Origin: Macrostomum lignano
Taxonomy: Eukaryota
Assembly (NCBI GenBank): GCA_002269645.1
Contig: NIVC01002177.1
Span: 124,001-188,000, forward strand
Reading direction: 5' to 3'
DNA length: 64,000 nucleotides
Below the pieces are notes generated by a model, which saw only the letters and a list, made by a program, of their open reading frames with translations, was not told the origin of the DNA and ran no database searches. Each line of letters begins with the position of its first letter. Position 1 is the stretch's first letter. The position numbers and the translations under genes were made by a program. This document shows, in pieces, positions 1-12,173 of the stretch.

Positions 1-3000
1 CTGGGAGCACGAGAAATGCCCGCAGACGAATTGCCCGCCGAGATTTGCCCGCAGGAGATTTGCCCTCAGTGCAATTTACCCGCGAGTGGATTGCCCGTGG
101 AGTTTTTTCCCGCCGAGGTTTGCCCGCAATGCTTTTTTACTGCAGCGCATTTGGCAGCTAGATTCTGTCTGTATTGCCCGGCGGCCCCCCTCCCAAAAAA
201 TAAGATGCATTTGATATGCAGTTACTATCAAAAAGTTTTGATCGTGTAGATCTCTTTACTAAGATTTATTACATGTAATAAGCATTAGGAAGGCAATGCA
301 GACAAAATCTGCAGTAAAAAAGCATTGTGCCGGCTGATAAATCTTATATACCGGCTGAGTCCGGGTCCTCTTGCTCCTTGTGCCCCTTTCCGACCCCTTG
401 GCCTGGCCTCCAATATAGAGCTGTGTAGGTGACACCCTTGTGGCTTGCAGCCCCATACATTTTCTGCATGGTGGCCTGATAGGAGTCTCGCCCTCGGAAA
501 CAAGCCTTCCAGACTCGCTCCAAAATTAAGCCATTTTCGAGACTTCTGGGGCCTTTTCATATTACCAATTCCAGAACCAGAATCGGTTGGGAATTCCAAG
601 AAAAACAGCAGTATAACTATTAAACTCTGTTAATATTTGACTGCCTTAACAACCTAACTTAGCACAATTTTTCACTTTCTTCTTGGCGATTGTCATTCAA
701 TAATAAAAACTTTATAGCACGTATCTCCCTCTAGTTATGGAGACAAAAAGTTATACTTCACAAATTGGTTCTGGTTCTGGAACCAGAACAAGCAATATGA
801 AAATGCCCTGGGTCTCCCCTGCTCTCGGACCGCTTTTCAGTAGTAAACCAAACATTTTTCAATTCTTTTTTCGCGCACTCCCGGCCTGGACTTGTCCGCT
901 GGGTGGTGGCTTGGGTGGACTCGGTCCTAGCACCGTCCCTGATACCACTTTTTGGGTTGGCGGTGTCTTAGTTCATAGGTTTGGGCTAGTAGCTACTCTC
1001 CCCTAGCCCAGATGTCAGGGTCCAACCCGGGGTATCTCGGGCTATATGCCCCTGGTAGTGCCCCCTCAGCGGCAGAGCCCCCTTTCGGGCTGATTCGCGG
1101 GTAGCTCCCGGCTTCCCAGCCCCGTTTAACAACAACAAATGACCCTTACACTAGAAATTAGATAGCTTTATACACGTGCGCGCATAAACTGCTTGGGCCA
1201 GATACATACGTACGATCCTGTATCAAAAAATGTTAAATACTGCATGTACTTTCATAATCATAATTACATTATAGTTTGATGCCAATATTAATGAAGTATT
1301 TGGGAGCAATGAGAGCAATATGAAGTATACAAACAGCTAGGATCGTGCTGCATGCTTCGCGAGTGCAGTCTAAAGCATGACTCAGCAAGGTTTTTCTTGA
1401 GGTGCTTCGTAAAAAATCCTATGTTTCTTGTTGGATAATTCCAATCTTACAGTATCTTGCGCAGGATCTTAAAAAATAATGAAATATCTAGTAGTAATCT
1501 TGGAAATTGTATTAATTGAGATCGCGATCTCTAGGGCATGTAAGTAAATTATCCATCCGCAAGTTACGAGTATAGGGCCCAGTGTAAGCACAGTCGTCGA
1601 TTCGGTCGATTGTCCATCTGAGCATTTTAGGAAAGTTTTAGCGGAGTAAAAGCTCTGCATTGGTGTAACCATTCTGTAAAAATCTATATTCCATGTACTC
1701 GAATTCATATTTACGCCAGTCAATAACTACTACTCATGGCCTGGTATAGATGAGAGCGTACATGTAATTATTAAAACCGTTAAGAGAGGCATCGGCGAGA
1801 GAATCTTCTCTAGATCCTGCTCTGAGGCTATTCAATTTCTTTCACAAAAGCAATAGTTTGTATAGCGTTGTATGCGACGGTAACTTCTAATAGTCCTTGA
1901 TTTCCGAAAGCTGGGGTGTTTTACCTGTCTTGTCGATTATTGGCGCGAGAATTCAATTTTTTGGCGCTTAGACTACCTTGTACATGTAGCTCATAACTCC
2001 TGATCTAATTAAGTATACGAGCATGGTCTCAGCGTTAGCAGATGTTAGCAACAAAATATACAAATCTACATGTATTTGGCCAGACTCATAGCCATTAAAT
2101 CGCGTTACAAAGATTTCGCTCTGCAGGAATAACTGTGTAAGAGAGAAAAAGTTCATTCGGATTTTTGCTAGAGCTTGACGAACCCCCCAAAACTTGCTAG
2201 TCGCAAAACCGGTTGCGCAGGCCACATGAACAAAGCGAAAGCAGTAAGTATAATTTATGTAGAATTTACATTCCCTGTCGAATCACGGGAAACCAATTGC
2301 TCAGTAAATTAAAGCATTGTTCAAAGTGAATGCACGAATATTGTAGGCGGCTCAAACTATGTGACGCGTAATTGAAGCAGACACGTGACAGTGCATAACC
2401 AGCACACAGACTGTTCGCTTGGACTATACATTATCTAAAAGCGTGCGCAGCGGTTACTATTTACTGCTGTAGAACCGGCCGGTTTCTGTGTAGCTGTCTG
2501 ACTCGGCTAAACCAACGTAGAAGATTTGAGCGAAGAAAAAAACCGTAAAACACATGTGTATGTACATGCAGACTGCAGAACGGGGTTGGAGTTGCATTAT
2601 ACTCTGATCAGTTACGCGATAAAGTTTTCCTGCACGTTTCTTGCCTGTAGTAGGGTTTCAAGGTGTTTCAGGCGCCTCATTCAGGTAAAATTCAGCCCCT
2701 CTCTGCTTTGACATGTATATCTGTTTTATATGTATTTGTTTAATTGAGCTTAATCTATATTGTGCCCATTTATATTGTGCTCTCTACCAGCGTTGGGTCG
2801 GGTGCAAGTGGTTGGTCAGCGTATTTCATTATTAGTTTGTCAGAGTTTCAAAGAAGCTTCCACAAGAGAGGACCAATCGAAGGAATGAAACTTTACTCCC
2901 ATGCATCATGTGCAGCCAAAATAATTAGCAAAACGAAAGTTCACGAAAAAGCTTTCAATCGTTAATCGAAGGAAGTTTGTGCATTCACAACTGATCAACT

Positions 3001-3407
3001 AAACCGTTTGTGAATTCACCTGTGACAACGGTAAGTAACAAATCGTTAGACTTTAGTTTTTTGGTAATCAATTTTCGGAAACTACATGTACTTCTTGAAA
3101 GTCAGATGGTCTCACAATATTGAAGTCAATGGAATCGTTTCTATTCGTTTCGTTTCTATTTGGTTCCATTAAGCGTCCGTCAGTAGTTGGTCAACATAGC
3201 GAGCCGTCCGTCCTTGTTCATTGCTGCGCATTACTTGCCGCGCCAGCGACTCAGGGCAGTGTAGTCTCATGTCTGGCCATCCGCAGTCATCGCAGACTCA
3301 GAAGGACAGAAGGCTGCATCAGTCGCGCTTGATTGTACCGTAAAAGGCGTCGGAGAAGCTGCGACCCGGTGCCGTCCGTTTAGCGTCGAATCGATAATAC
3401 GAGCGTA

Positions 3408-3712
3408 ATAATTATATCTTATTACACCTGTCTTAATGGGCCGATGTGCGACTACATTTAACCGCTCCGCCGCAGCTATTGCACGGCATATCGGAAGGCT
3501 GCGTACGGCTGTTCAGTCCAAGGACTGGGGGGTTGCCACACACACCCTCAATTACCCCAGCTAATGCTGGCACCCATTTTACAGCTGGGTGAACTGAAGC
3601 AATGCAGAGTTAAGTGTCTTGCTCAAGGACACAGATTGTTGTGAGTGGGTCGAGAATTGAACCCCAGATCTTTCAGTCGTGAGTCCGACGCTCTAACCAC
3701 TAGGCTACAACC
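3408..3712 (-). mobile_element. tRNA-derived SINE family A, copy 1
   Basis: The reverse complement starts TAGCCTAGTGG (A box) ... GGTTCAATTC (B box), then the core GTGTCCTTGAGCAAGACACTTAACTCTGCATTGCTTCAGTTCACCCAGCTGTAAATGGGTGCCAGC and an AT-rich tail. The same sequence recurs at 43485, 49164 and 53789. Confidence 0.85.
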
Positions 3713-4705
3713 ACCTAGTTGGATCGAGCAGCTCCCGAATGCAATATAATATGCGTCCAAGGGCCCTGGACTTACTCGTGTTTCCTCGCGAGGTCATCGC
3801 CAACCAAGGCCACAGAATTATTTCAGATCTTGCTGCATACAACGTATCCCGGGGTAAATGCCGGTGATGTGATGGCCACCCTTAGCTTACGGGTCATATA
3901 AATGGAGTGTCATTGCATTAATGCCTGTGCCATCAATGTTTACCATGCTGGCCGGATTTACTCAGAACTGCCTACCAGGACGCATTCTAATTTGTTTTAT
4001 GGAATTTTCCTATTAGCCATCAGTTTGATCAGAACCCTAAACCAGACAGCAATCAACTACAGCCTGCAATATTTTACAAGACTGTCATACGATATTTATC
4101 TCACCGTGCCATGGAATTTATTATCCTGTCGGTCTGTCGGTCAAGAATTTTATTTTTTAGGGTGGCTTTAACTACTTTTTGATTTTCATTATGCTGGCCT
4201 GGAAGCGCGTGACACGCCCGCAGGCCACTGCGGCCCCTTTTGTGAGTGGTGTGATTCTGCGCACTCAGTGTCCCTCCAATAGCGGCCCCTGCAGCCAAGT
4301 CTGCATCTGCACTGACTATCTTTCATTACGTCTCTTTCAGTGCAAATCTGCCTTTTCGGCTGTGGAATTAATAACACCAGAACAGCGAAAACATTAAAAA
4401 AAACTATTTATCTGGCAGAAACGCTGCTGCGGTAGAAAATAATGGACAGCAGAAAAAAGAAACTGCAGCGTTGTTTTTGTTAGAAGTGTGTACCCCATTT
4501 TCTTATAGAAGTAAATTTGAGAATTGTAAATTTGAGAATTTCCTACTCATACAGCTAGCATAGAATTTTCCTTCACATTTATTGTTACCAAGATCAACTA
4601 CAGCCCTACATGAACGCGATTCACCTTCCCGACCAAAATAGCATGTTCAAATTGGACTTCTTGAAGTTCTGGCACTCTTCAGCATCGTCAGGCACCAGCC
4701 CTCCT

Positions 4706-4736
<31 letters not shown>

Positions 4737-4737
4737 G
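4706..4737. repeat. (GGC)n microsatellite, about 10 units
   Basis: Read directly from the sequence. Confidence 0.9.
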
Positions 4738-7700
4738 CAGCGAAGACAGCAGGAAGGAGTTATCCGGAGAAGAGCAAAGTAACAACTTCACCGCGGTGAG
4801 ACTTTGAATTAAATTCTCAATGCCATATTCAAAGCATTTCAGAGTTGCGGCTAAACTATAGCAAATGTTACACTAAAACTGTAAGAATTTCAGAGTTAAA
4901 AAATTAAAACAATCAAACTTGATATCTGCCCGAAAATTTCTGTGCTCCTAGCAGCAATAGGAATTCGAATAGCCATAAGACCTCCATAAGCCCTCTAGAT
5001 TAAAAAGCTGGTATTGCGAAGGCCAAGAAAACCTAGCTACTCAGAGGAGAAGCCAGAGGGGCTTTTAGTGCTCTTTTTATGACTCAACTGGAACCCTCAA
5101 AGCAATCCAGTCCAGATTGATTTCTGCCCTCAAATCAGAGAGACCAGTCGTCACAAAAAAGCCTCTGATATGTGAGTAGTGTACTCATATAGTATAGAAA
5201 AGCTTCGTAAACAAACGTGGTTCATTTCTTTCTTACTCACGCATCGCAGCGTTTTGGCGTGTGCGTCACGTCGCATATTGCCCAAATACTAATAATGAAC
5301 GCAGCCCACACTTGATAGGAAACCACACTGGTCTGTGCCTTACCCGCCCCGACCTGGAATGTTTTTTGATATGAGCTATTTTTAGAATCACGCCATCCAC
5401 TTTGCCCTCAGCTGATTTTTCAGCACTCTAACCATAAGCGGGAGCGCTGGCTATAAATAGGCATGGCATCACCCATGTACAAAAGGGACAAGTGAAAGCG
5501 AATCGGGCGGTAAGGGAAGGAAATTGGAGCAACGGGTGGAGGAGGATAGCGCAGCGAAAACTTTGGGCTCCAACGCGCATCTTCTGAAAGAAAAGGATAC
5601 TTCTGCGCGGAAGAGACGACGATGGAGGATAGAGATGAGAGACGCTAAGCTGCAACGGGCTTAATCCTGTTCTTCCCCTGCCCTCACAGATGTGCGCATA
5701 GGGTGGTTGGGGAGACAACTGGAGGCTAGAAGAGAGAAGCTAGAAGGAGCAGAACACAGCGTACGTTTCAGAGTGTTCTCTCTCTCTCTCTCTCTCCGTG
5801 TCTCCCGTAGTGCGTCATGCGAGCGCTTTGGTTGTTCAAGGTCCCGCCTTTCGCCAAACACGCATGCATGTGCACAGGCAAGCGCCCGCCAACAAAAAAG
5901 AGAAGGCACAACGCGACACGAGCAAGGCCGGACGAATAGAGGAAAAATAGAGCGATATGGCCTTGTGACACAGGCAAGCGTTGCAGCACAAAATTCTGTT
6001 CCTGTGTTTAACCCAAATGTATACATGTCTGTCTAAACAGACATTTGCTTTGGAAGTATATATTCTGAGGTATAGCCCTTTTGCCAGCACCCTTCTTTGG
6101 CACTTTAGCGCCCGCTGTAAAAAAACTTCTCGTTTAGAACACACGCTTGCCTTCTAGTGCGGCACCCCAATGCGAGGTTAAAGAAGACACCTATATAAAG
6201 ATAATCGGCATTGCTTGGCGAGCACAAATAATCCTGAACTAAGCTTCGGCAGTCCCAGTCCTACCGTGCTGAATCCACCCGAGACGGTAAGATTTTGAAC
6301 TACGAGTCAAATCAGCTGTTCGTAAAAGCTGAGTGCAGCGTAGCAACAAGTCGAGTTTTTCTGTCCGATTTTGAGAACAATCTGCTGTAAGACGAACACT
6401 TCGATAGTCGAATTTCCGTTTTTCTTAACAAAATGCGGATAAGCATTTAAGGCAGACTCTGCTTCGGGTTCGTTATCGTTAGCAGTCAATTCCGAAAGTT
6501 CCCGACTGTATGAAATTTCCTCTTCTCCTATTCCTCAAATTCGGTCAATTGAAAAGACGTACGAGTAATCCTGAAAATCAGCAAGGCGTGCGCTCGTCTC
6601 CCTTGCAGAAGCAGAGGTTGGTTCAATTCAGCTTCGAACTTGGGCCTGAACACTGCAGGACTGTAGAAAGAAATGCTAGAAAAATTTAATCCGATATGGA
6701 AATTTCGGCACCCCTAACATCCTTGAGCACAGATTCTATAGTATCCGTAGATGTGTCCCTCCAGTGTTCACTAATGTACAATATTTAGGGGCCGTCTCCG
6801 AGGTCCCGAAAACCCCGGGGTTTGGGCCACAGACACCAGCTGCTGCTGCTAATGCTTGAGAGCAGCAGAAGCTATAGTCTATGGTCTGAACCCCCGGGGG
6901 TTTTCGCGCTGCGGTAGTAGTGGCCCACTGGGCAGTATGGGCAGTAGTGGCCCATCCAGGGGTGTATTGAACCTGTGTTCCTGAGTGCTTGCTAAAGGTT
7001 GAGCACGTGGTTTCATGCTAAGCTAAGTAAATAATGCCCCTGTTTTCTAGTAGAATTCAAACTCACTGCCTTTCTAATCAATCATAATTCAGGATTTCAG
7101 GATTGTGAAATAGCTTGAACTGACAGGAATTTAATCACAAAACTGAGTGGCAACAGGACACTAGGAAACAATAGATCCGCTAAACCAGATGCAGCCTTCA
7201 ATTTTTTCTCTCCTCCATTTCTAATTATTTCTCCCAAAGCGCCTCCGGCCTATGCATCGGCTCAACTCAAACCGTGTTTTTCTCAAATCCCTCCTTCCCA
7301 CTTTTTCTTCCCTTGCCTCTGCAATCCTGTGCACTATCTGGAGAGAGGAGGGGAGAGAATGCAAGGGGAGAAAGAGACGAAGAGTGATAGGAAGGGAGCA
7401 TTGCACTGTATATTTTCACCAACCTTCTCTTCCTACTCTTTATCGGCCTTCAACTCCTCCTCCTTGTCCAATCCTTGTCTCCCGCAGGCCGGGTAGGCAA
7501 AGGCTTCGGGGCACCTCTAACGGACGAACGGGAGTGCCGCGGCTCTGTCCTTCTTTCCACGGCACCTCCTTCCTCGCCAGGGGCCGCCTACCCCGGCTCA
7601 ATTTTGCTTTAAAGTGAGCAGTAGCGCTACCCCCTTCCGACGCAGTGCGGTCCCCACTAAGCCACTTCTCTTCCTTGGCAAGTGTGCAAATTAAAAGAGC

Positions 7701-10288
7701 GGCGGGGATTCCTACTCAGACTGGGTGGCGCGGAGTCTTCTCCCATACGCGATTTCTATTTTAGGCTTACTGGCCTCTGTCCCATGACATGCTTCTGGTC
7801 CTGGCCTAAAGCTTGGGCTGCAGATCTGCAAGCCGAGGGCCTCAGTACCGACTGCTATCCCGGCAAAGTTGTCTGCCAGAGGCTCACGCACATCAGCGAG
7901 GAAGACTGCACAATTCAGGTTGGCAAATTTCTGTAGCAAATTGTGCCCCAACCCTGTCGCTCTACTCTGCCAGCTGGTGTGGCACCAGTGTCAAATGGCG
8001 AATGGCGAGTCATTCTGTCAAGCTTTTGTGCATGAAATCTGCTAACATTGGGGCGAAATTGGCCGGATAGTTCATGGAAAATAATCCACCTGGAGTCAAG
8101 CTTTCGTAGCCATTATGATCATGCTCAAGCATTTCTATTCCAGCTTCACCAAGCTTTTCCCGTTCATCTCACGGTCGTTTGGTATAAAATTTACACAAAT
8201 ACTCGCAAATCGAAATCATCGTGTGCGAATAGCAATATCCTTCGCTTATGATTTTCTATCAGCAACCTACATGCATGAAGGAAGACCTGTCGTTCCTCCA
8301 GGGAGCTCCTTGCGGGTCTCCTTTGAGGTCTTTCTCCCTGGATTTCGGGATGAAATTCAATTTTTAGCCAGTCTTATGAGCAGGGGATTGGGGGGATGAA
8401 AAGTGCAGAGAAGTGAGCTCTGATCAAGTCCCTGTGTCGCATCATGTTTCAGACAAGGCATCCCTGATTAATTTCGGAAGCCGTATGTATATCACATGCA
8501 TAGCCGTTTTAGCTTAAGCCAACAATTTTGGTGGTTATGATTCTCAATTTGCTATAATGATTTTTCTCCACATTCATTCGTTCTACCTTCCAGCAATTTC
8601 CTTTCTATAATACGATACAGTTTGTCCCTATTCTCGTACCCCAAGGCTACTGAGGCATGAATACGAGCTAGGTAGGAACACAGGAAGAACTCTCTCAGCT
8701 AGTAAGTCTACTATCGCAAGAGCCATCCACTATGCTCATTAATGCTCTATCTTGTCTATTATCGATCGAAGACTGGCTGTGCTACAGTTGAGCTCTCTTA
8801 CTTTGATCCCGCTATGTTCTCAAGCATCTGCGCTCGCATTGCTTCTGTTCGAAATGACTCCAAAACTCTATTGGCTTGGCCATATGCTTCACAGAATAGT
8901 TGTCTATCCTGACTACGACTAAGGTAGAGAGGGTAAAGAGGCAGTGCTGAAAAAGTTGCTTGCCAATTTCCGCTCTATAGTTTATTCGAAGTTTCTTTCT
9001 CTTGCAGCAGAACTCAGCCGCATTTAGGCCAGGACTCGTTTGGATGAGGATTTGGGAGCTTTGCTGTTCCCCATCTGTGGTAAAGCATAGAGGTGGCAGT
9101 GGCAAGTGGACACGAATGGAAATCGATTTGGAACTCCTAAACAGGCGCATAGATGTGGAGGGATATCTGGAGAGGCCCATCGAAGCGAAAGGCTTCCGAG
9201 AGTAGGCAGTGTCTTAGCTTCAGTCACGCTCAAAGTCTACTCCACTCTACTCATCGATTGTGTGACCCAATGAAGACCTACTTGCTCATTCATTGTCTTG
9301 GAATTCAGTTTCTGCTGTTTGATTTTGGACGGCAGCGCGCGAGTAAACATGTCTCATAGATTCCTGATTCAATTTCTGACAACATTGCCTCGTAGTTGTC
9401 GTGGCAATTTTTTGTTGCTAATGAAAAATACGAGAATAATGAAACTTTCTATCATGTAAACCAGTTCTAAAGAAAACAAGAGCTCTGTACACCCGAACAC
9501 TGAAGAGCGTTTTAGAAATGATTGACGCTTCCTAATAGCTTCTTCAAAACTTTTTTGCGTGTGTCTCTCAAACTCATCCGACTAGACTCTGCTGACCTGC
9601 TTCCTAAGTTCGATTTTCCCAGCAAAACAGGCTGAGCTCAGTCTGCAGGAGGTCGAAATACTGCGGCAAAAACGACAGCTCGACTCGCGTTTTTTCCCCA
9701 AGCTAATTACTTCGTTCAAGGTCCGTGTAATCTCGCCCTCTCCGAAGTGACCTTTTGCATATGGGATGACAGGCAAATTATTCGCTTCAACGTCTTTCTT
9801 TTCTGCTTCTTGACTGAACACGCGGATAGCGGAGATGGAATAGCATAGAAGAAGCTCATTCTCAGACAGATCGCATCACTGCAATCAATTTCCGGGCTTG
9901 CAAAGCAGCCTGTGTGTCGTAAAGTTATTTTTGGGAAATAAGAAAAGCAAAGTTTGTTGAGCTTAGAGCAAAAATGAATGACTGACTCTGTTGTGCGAGA
10001 ATTTCCGAATGCAGCAGGGCAGGCAGCTTTCCTGTGTCCGGTGCCAATCTATGGCAGCCTCCAGCCACTGGTCAGTAGGGATTTACCTAATTCGCCCTTC
10101 AAGCGTGTCTATCTGCTTTTTTCAGGCATTGCTTGAACTAAAAGTGCTCCTAGCAACTGCAGCACAGTGGCAGAAGCGATATGAACAACTATGTTGGTTT
10201 TATTGGAATTACCATTCATAACACCGCAGTTGTCACTATTCCTGCAATAGTGAATTCGCAATCAGTTTTTTTACTTTATACTTTACAG

Positions 10289-10760
10289 CAGAGGTCGGCT
10301 CTTTTTACCCTCAAGGGCCAGATGGAGAACCTAGTGCATGACTGCGGGCCAGAGGAGGGAAGAGAGGAGAAGGAATAGAGAAGAGAGAAGAAAGAAAAAA
10401 GAAGGGAGAGGACGGGGAATAAAGGAGAATAGAGGAGAGATTAAATAGGAAAGGAGAGAGGAGAGAGGAAAGAGGAGAGAAGAGAAACGAGAGACGAGAG
10501 AGGAGAGAGGAGAGAAGAGAGAGGAGAAAGGAGAAAGGAGAGAGGAGAGAAGAGAGAGCAGAGAGGAGAGAGGAGAGAAGAGAGATGAGAGATGAGAGAG
10601 GAGAGATAAGAGAGGAGAGAGGAGAGCAGAGAGAGGAGAGATGATTAGGAGAGAGGTGATTAAAGAGAAGAGAGCTGAGAAGAGACACGAACCTTGATCG
10701 GGCCCGCACTGCTATTGTGAAGTTTCAAAGGACCCGAGGGCCGCAGTTTACCGACACCTG
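10289..10760. mobile_element. hAT (Charlie-like) MITE with GA-rich core, copy 1
   Basis: Ends are CAGAGGTCGG / CCGACACCTG with a perfect 8-bp TSD CTTTACAG (10281-10288 and 10761-10768). Subterminal sequence is shared with the copies at 38713 and 54844. Confidence 0.85.
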
Positions 10761-11617
10761 CTTTACAGCATGGTTTGCTTGATTTGGCCTAACACCAACA
10801 CTCCTCACAGCTAAAGTCACCCTGTCAGTATTAATTACTGTTCTTCTCCTGTACGTTTCTCCCGACCTCCGTCTCATACGAGATTTCGTATAGATTTAGT
10901 TTGCTAAGTCCAACCAATCTATCACAGATATACAAGTTAATTTCAAGCTCGGCAATGCAGCCTCATCAGTTCTGCTTGAGCAGTCAGCCCCGGGAGGCAG
11001 TTTACGAGTAAAGACCTACATAGTCCGACTCTTATTAATTCGCTATTTCTGCCGCTCGAGATCCATAAGCCCCAGATAAGGAAAAACAGCAAAGCGATGC
11101 GTTGATGAAATTCGGTTTTATTTAGAATTCGTTGCTCCATCTTTTTCGCTACTCGGCGGCCCAGCTCAAGATCTGAATAATTAATAAGCTTTTTGCCAGC
11201 TGAGCAGATGTCCGAAGATGAGCTAAGAAAAACGATGACTCTGACTTGACTGTGTTGACTATTGCTTTTGCAGAACATTGCAGCAAAGCTCTACTCTTGA
11301 GGCTGACTGCATTGGCTCTGGTCCTGCGCACGAATATAATGGCCACTTCAATCATGACAACCACTAATTCAGAATGACAGCCTCTCTTCGACGATTTCAT
11401 TTTTCTTGCATTCTGCTGCTTCCTTCAGCTCCCTTCACTGTGGCCCAACTGTCCCGGATGATCTGAGATGTGAAGCGAGTCGAGGCTTGGTTTCTCCTTG
11501 AGTCTTCTTCTTTTTCTTTGAAGTCACCTAGAAAGGCCGCAAATACTTGCGGGATATTCACCTCAGGATAGCGTGAAAGCGCAGGATTGCAACTGATTGC
11601 TAAGCTAACTTGATTGT

Positions 11618-12173
11618 GGAAGGAAGGAAGGAAGGAAGGAAGGGAGGAAGGAAGGAAGGAAGGAAGAAAGGAAGGAAGGAAGGAAGGAAGGAAGGAAGGA
11701 AGGAAGGAAGGAAGGAAGGAAGGAAGGAAGGAAGGAAGGAAGGGAGGAAGGAAGGAAGGAAGGAAGAAAGGAAGGAAGGAAGGAAGGAAGGAAGGAAGGA
11801 AGGAAGGAAGGAAGGAAGGAAGGAAGGAAGGAAGGGAGGAAGGAAGGAAGGAAGGAAGGAAGGAAGGAAGGAAGGAAGGAAGGAAGGAAGGAAGGAAGGA
11901 AGGAAGGAAGGAAGGAAGGAAGGAAGAAAGAAAGAAAGGAAGGAAGGAAGGAAGGAAGGAAGGAAGGAAGGAAGGAAGGAAGGAAGGAGGAAGGAAGGAA
12001 GGAAGGAAGAAAGGAAGGAAGGAAGGAAGGAAGGAAGGAAGGAAGGAAGGAAGGAAGGAAGGAAGGAAGGAAGGAAGGAAGGAAGGAAGGAAGGAAGGAA
12101 GGAAGGAAGGAAGGAAGGAAGGAAGGAAGGAAGGAAGGAAGGAAGGAAGGAAGGAAGGAAGGAAGGAAGGAAG
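11618..12173. repeat. (GGAA)n pure-purine microsatellite, about 555 bp
   Basis: Read directly. The three long ORFs called here are repeat artefacts. Confidence 0.98.

Noticed and set aside
4684-4796. Gly-rich exon-like segment with GTGAGA donor
   Set aside because: Isolated, and largely explained by the GGC repeat.
6307-6661. Minus-strand near-open frame after a strong acceptor
   Set aside because: Internal stop, no recognisable homology, no partner exons identified.
9623-9814. Exon-like cassettes on both strands (QAELSLQEVEILRQ...; QEAEKKDVEANN...)
   Set aside because: AG/GT borders are plausible but I could not link them into a gene. The resemblance to a kinase alphaC helix is too weak.
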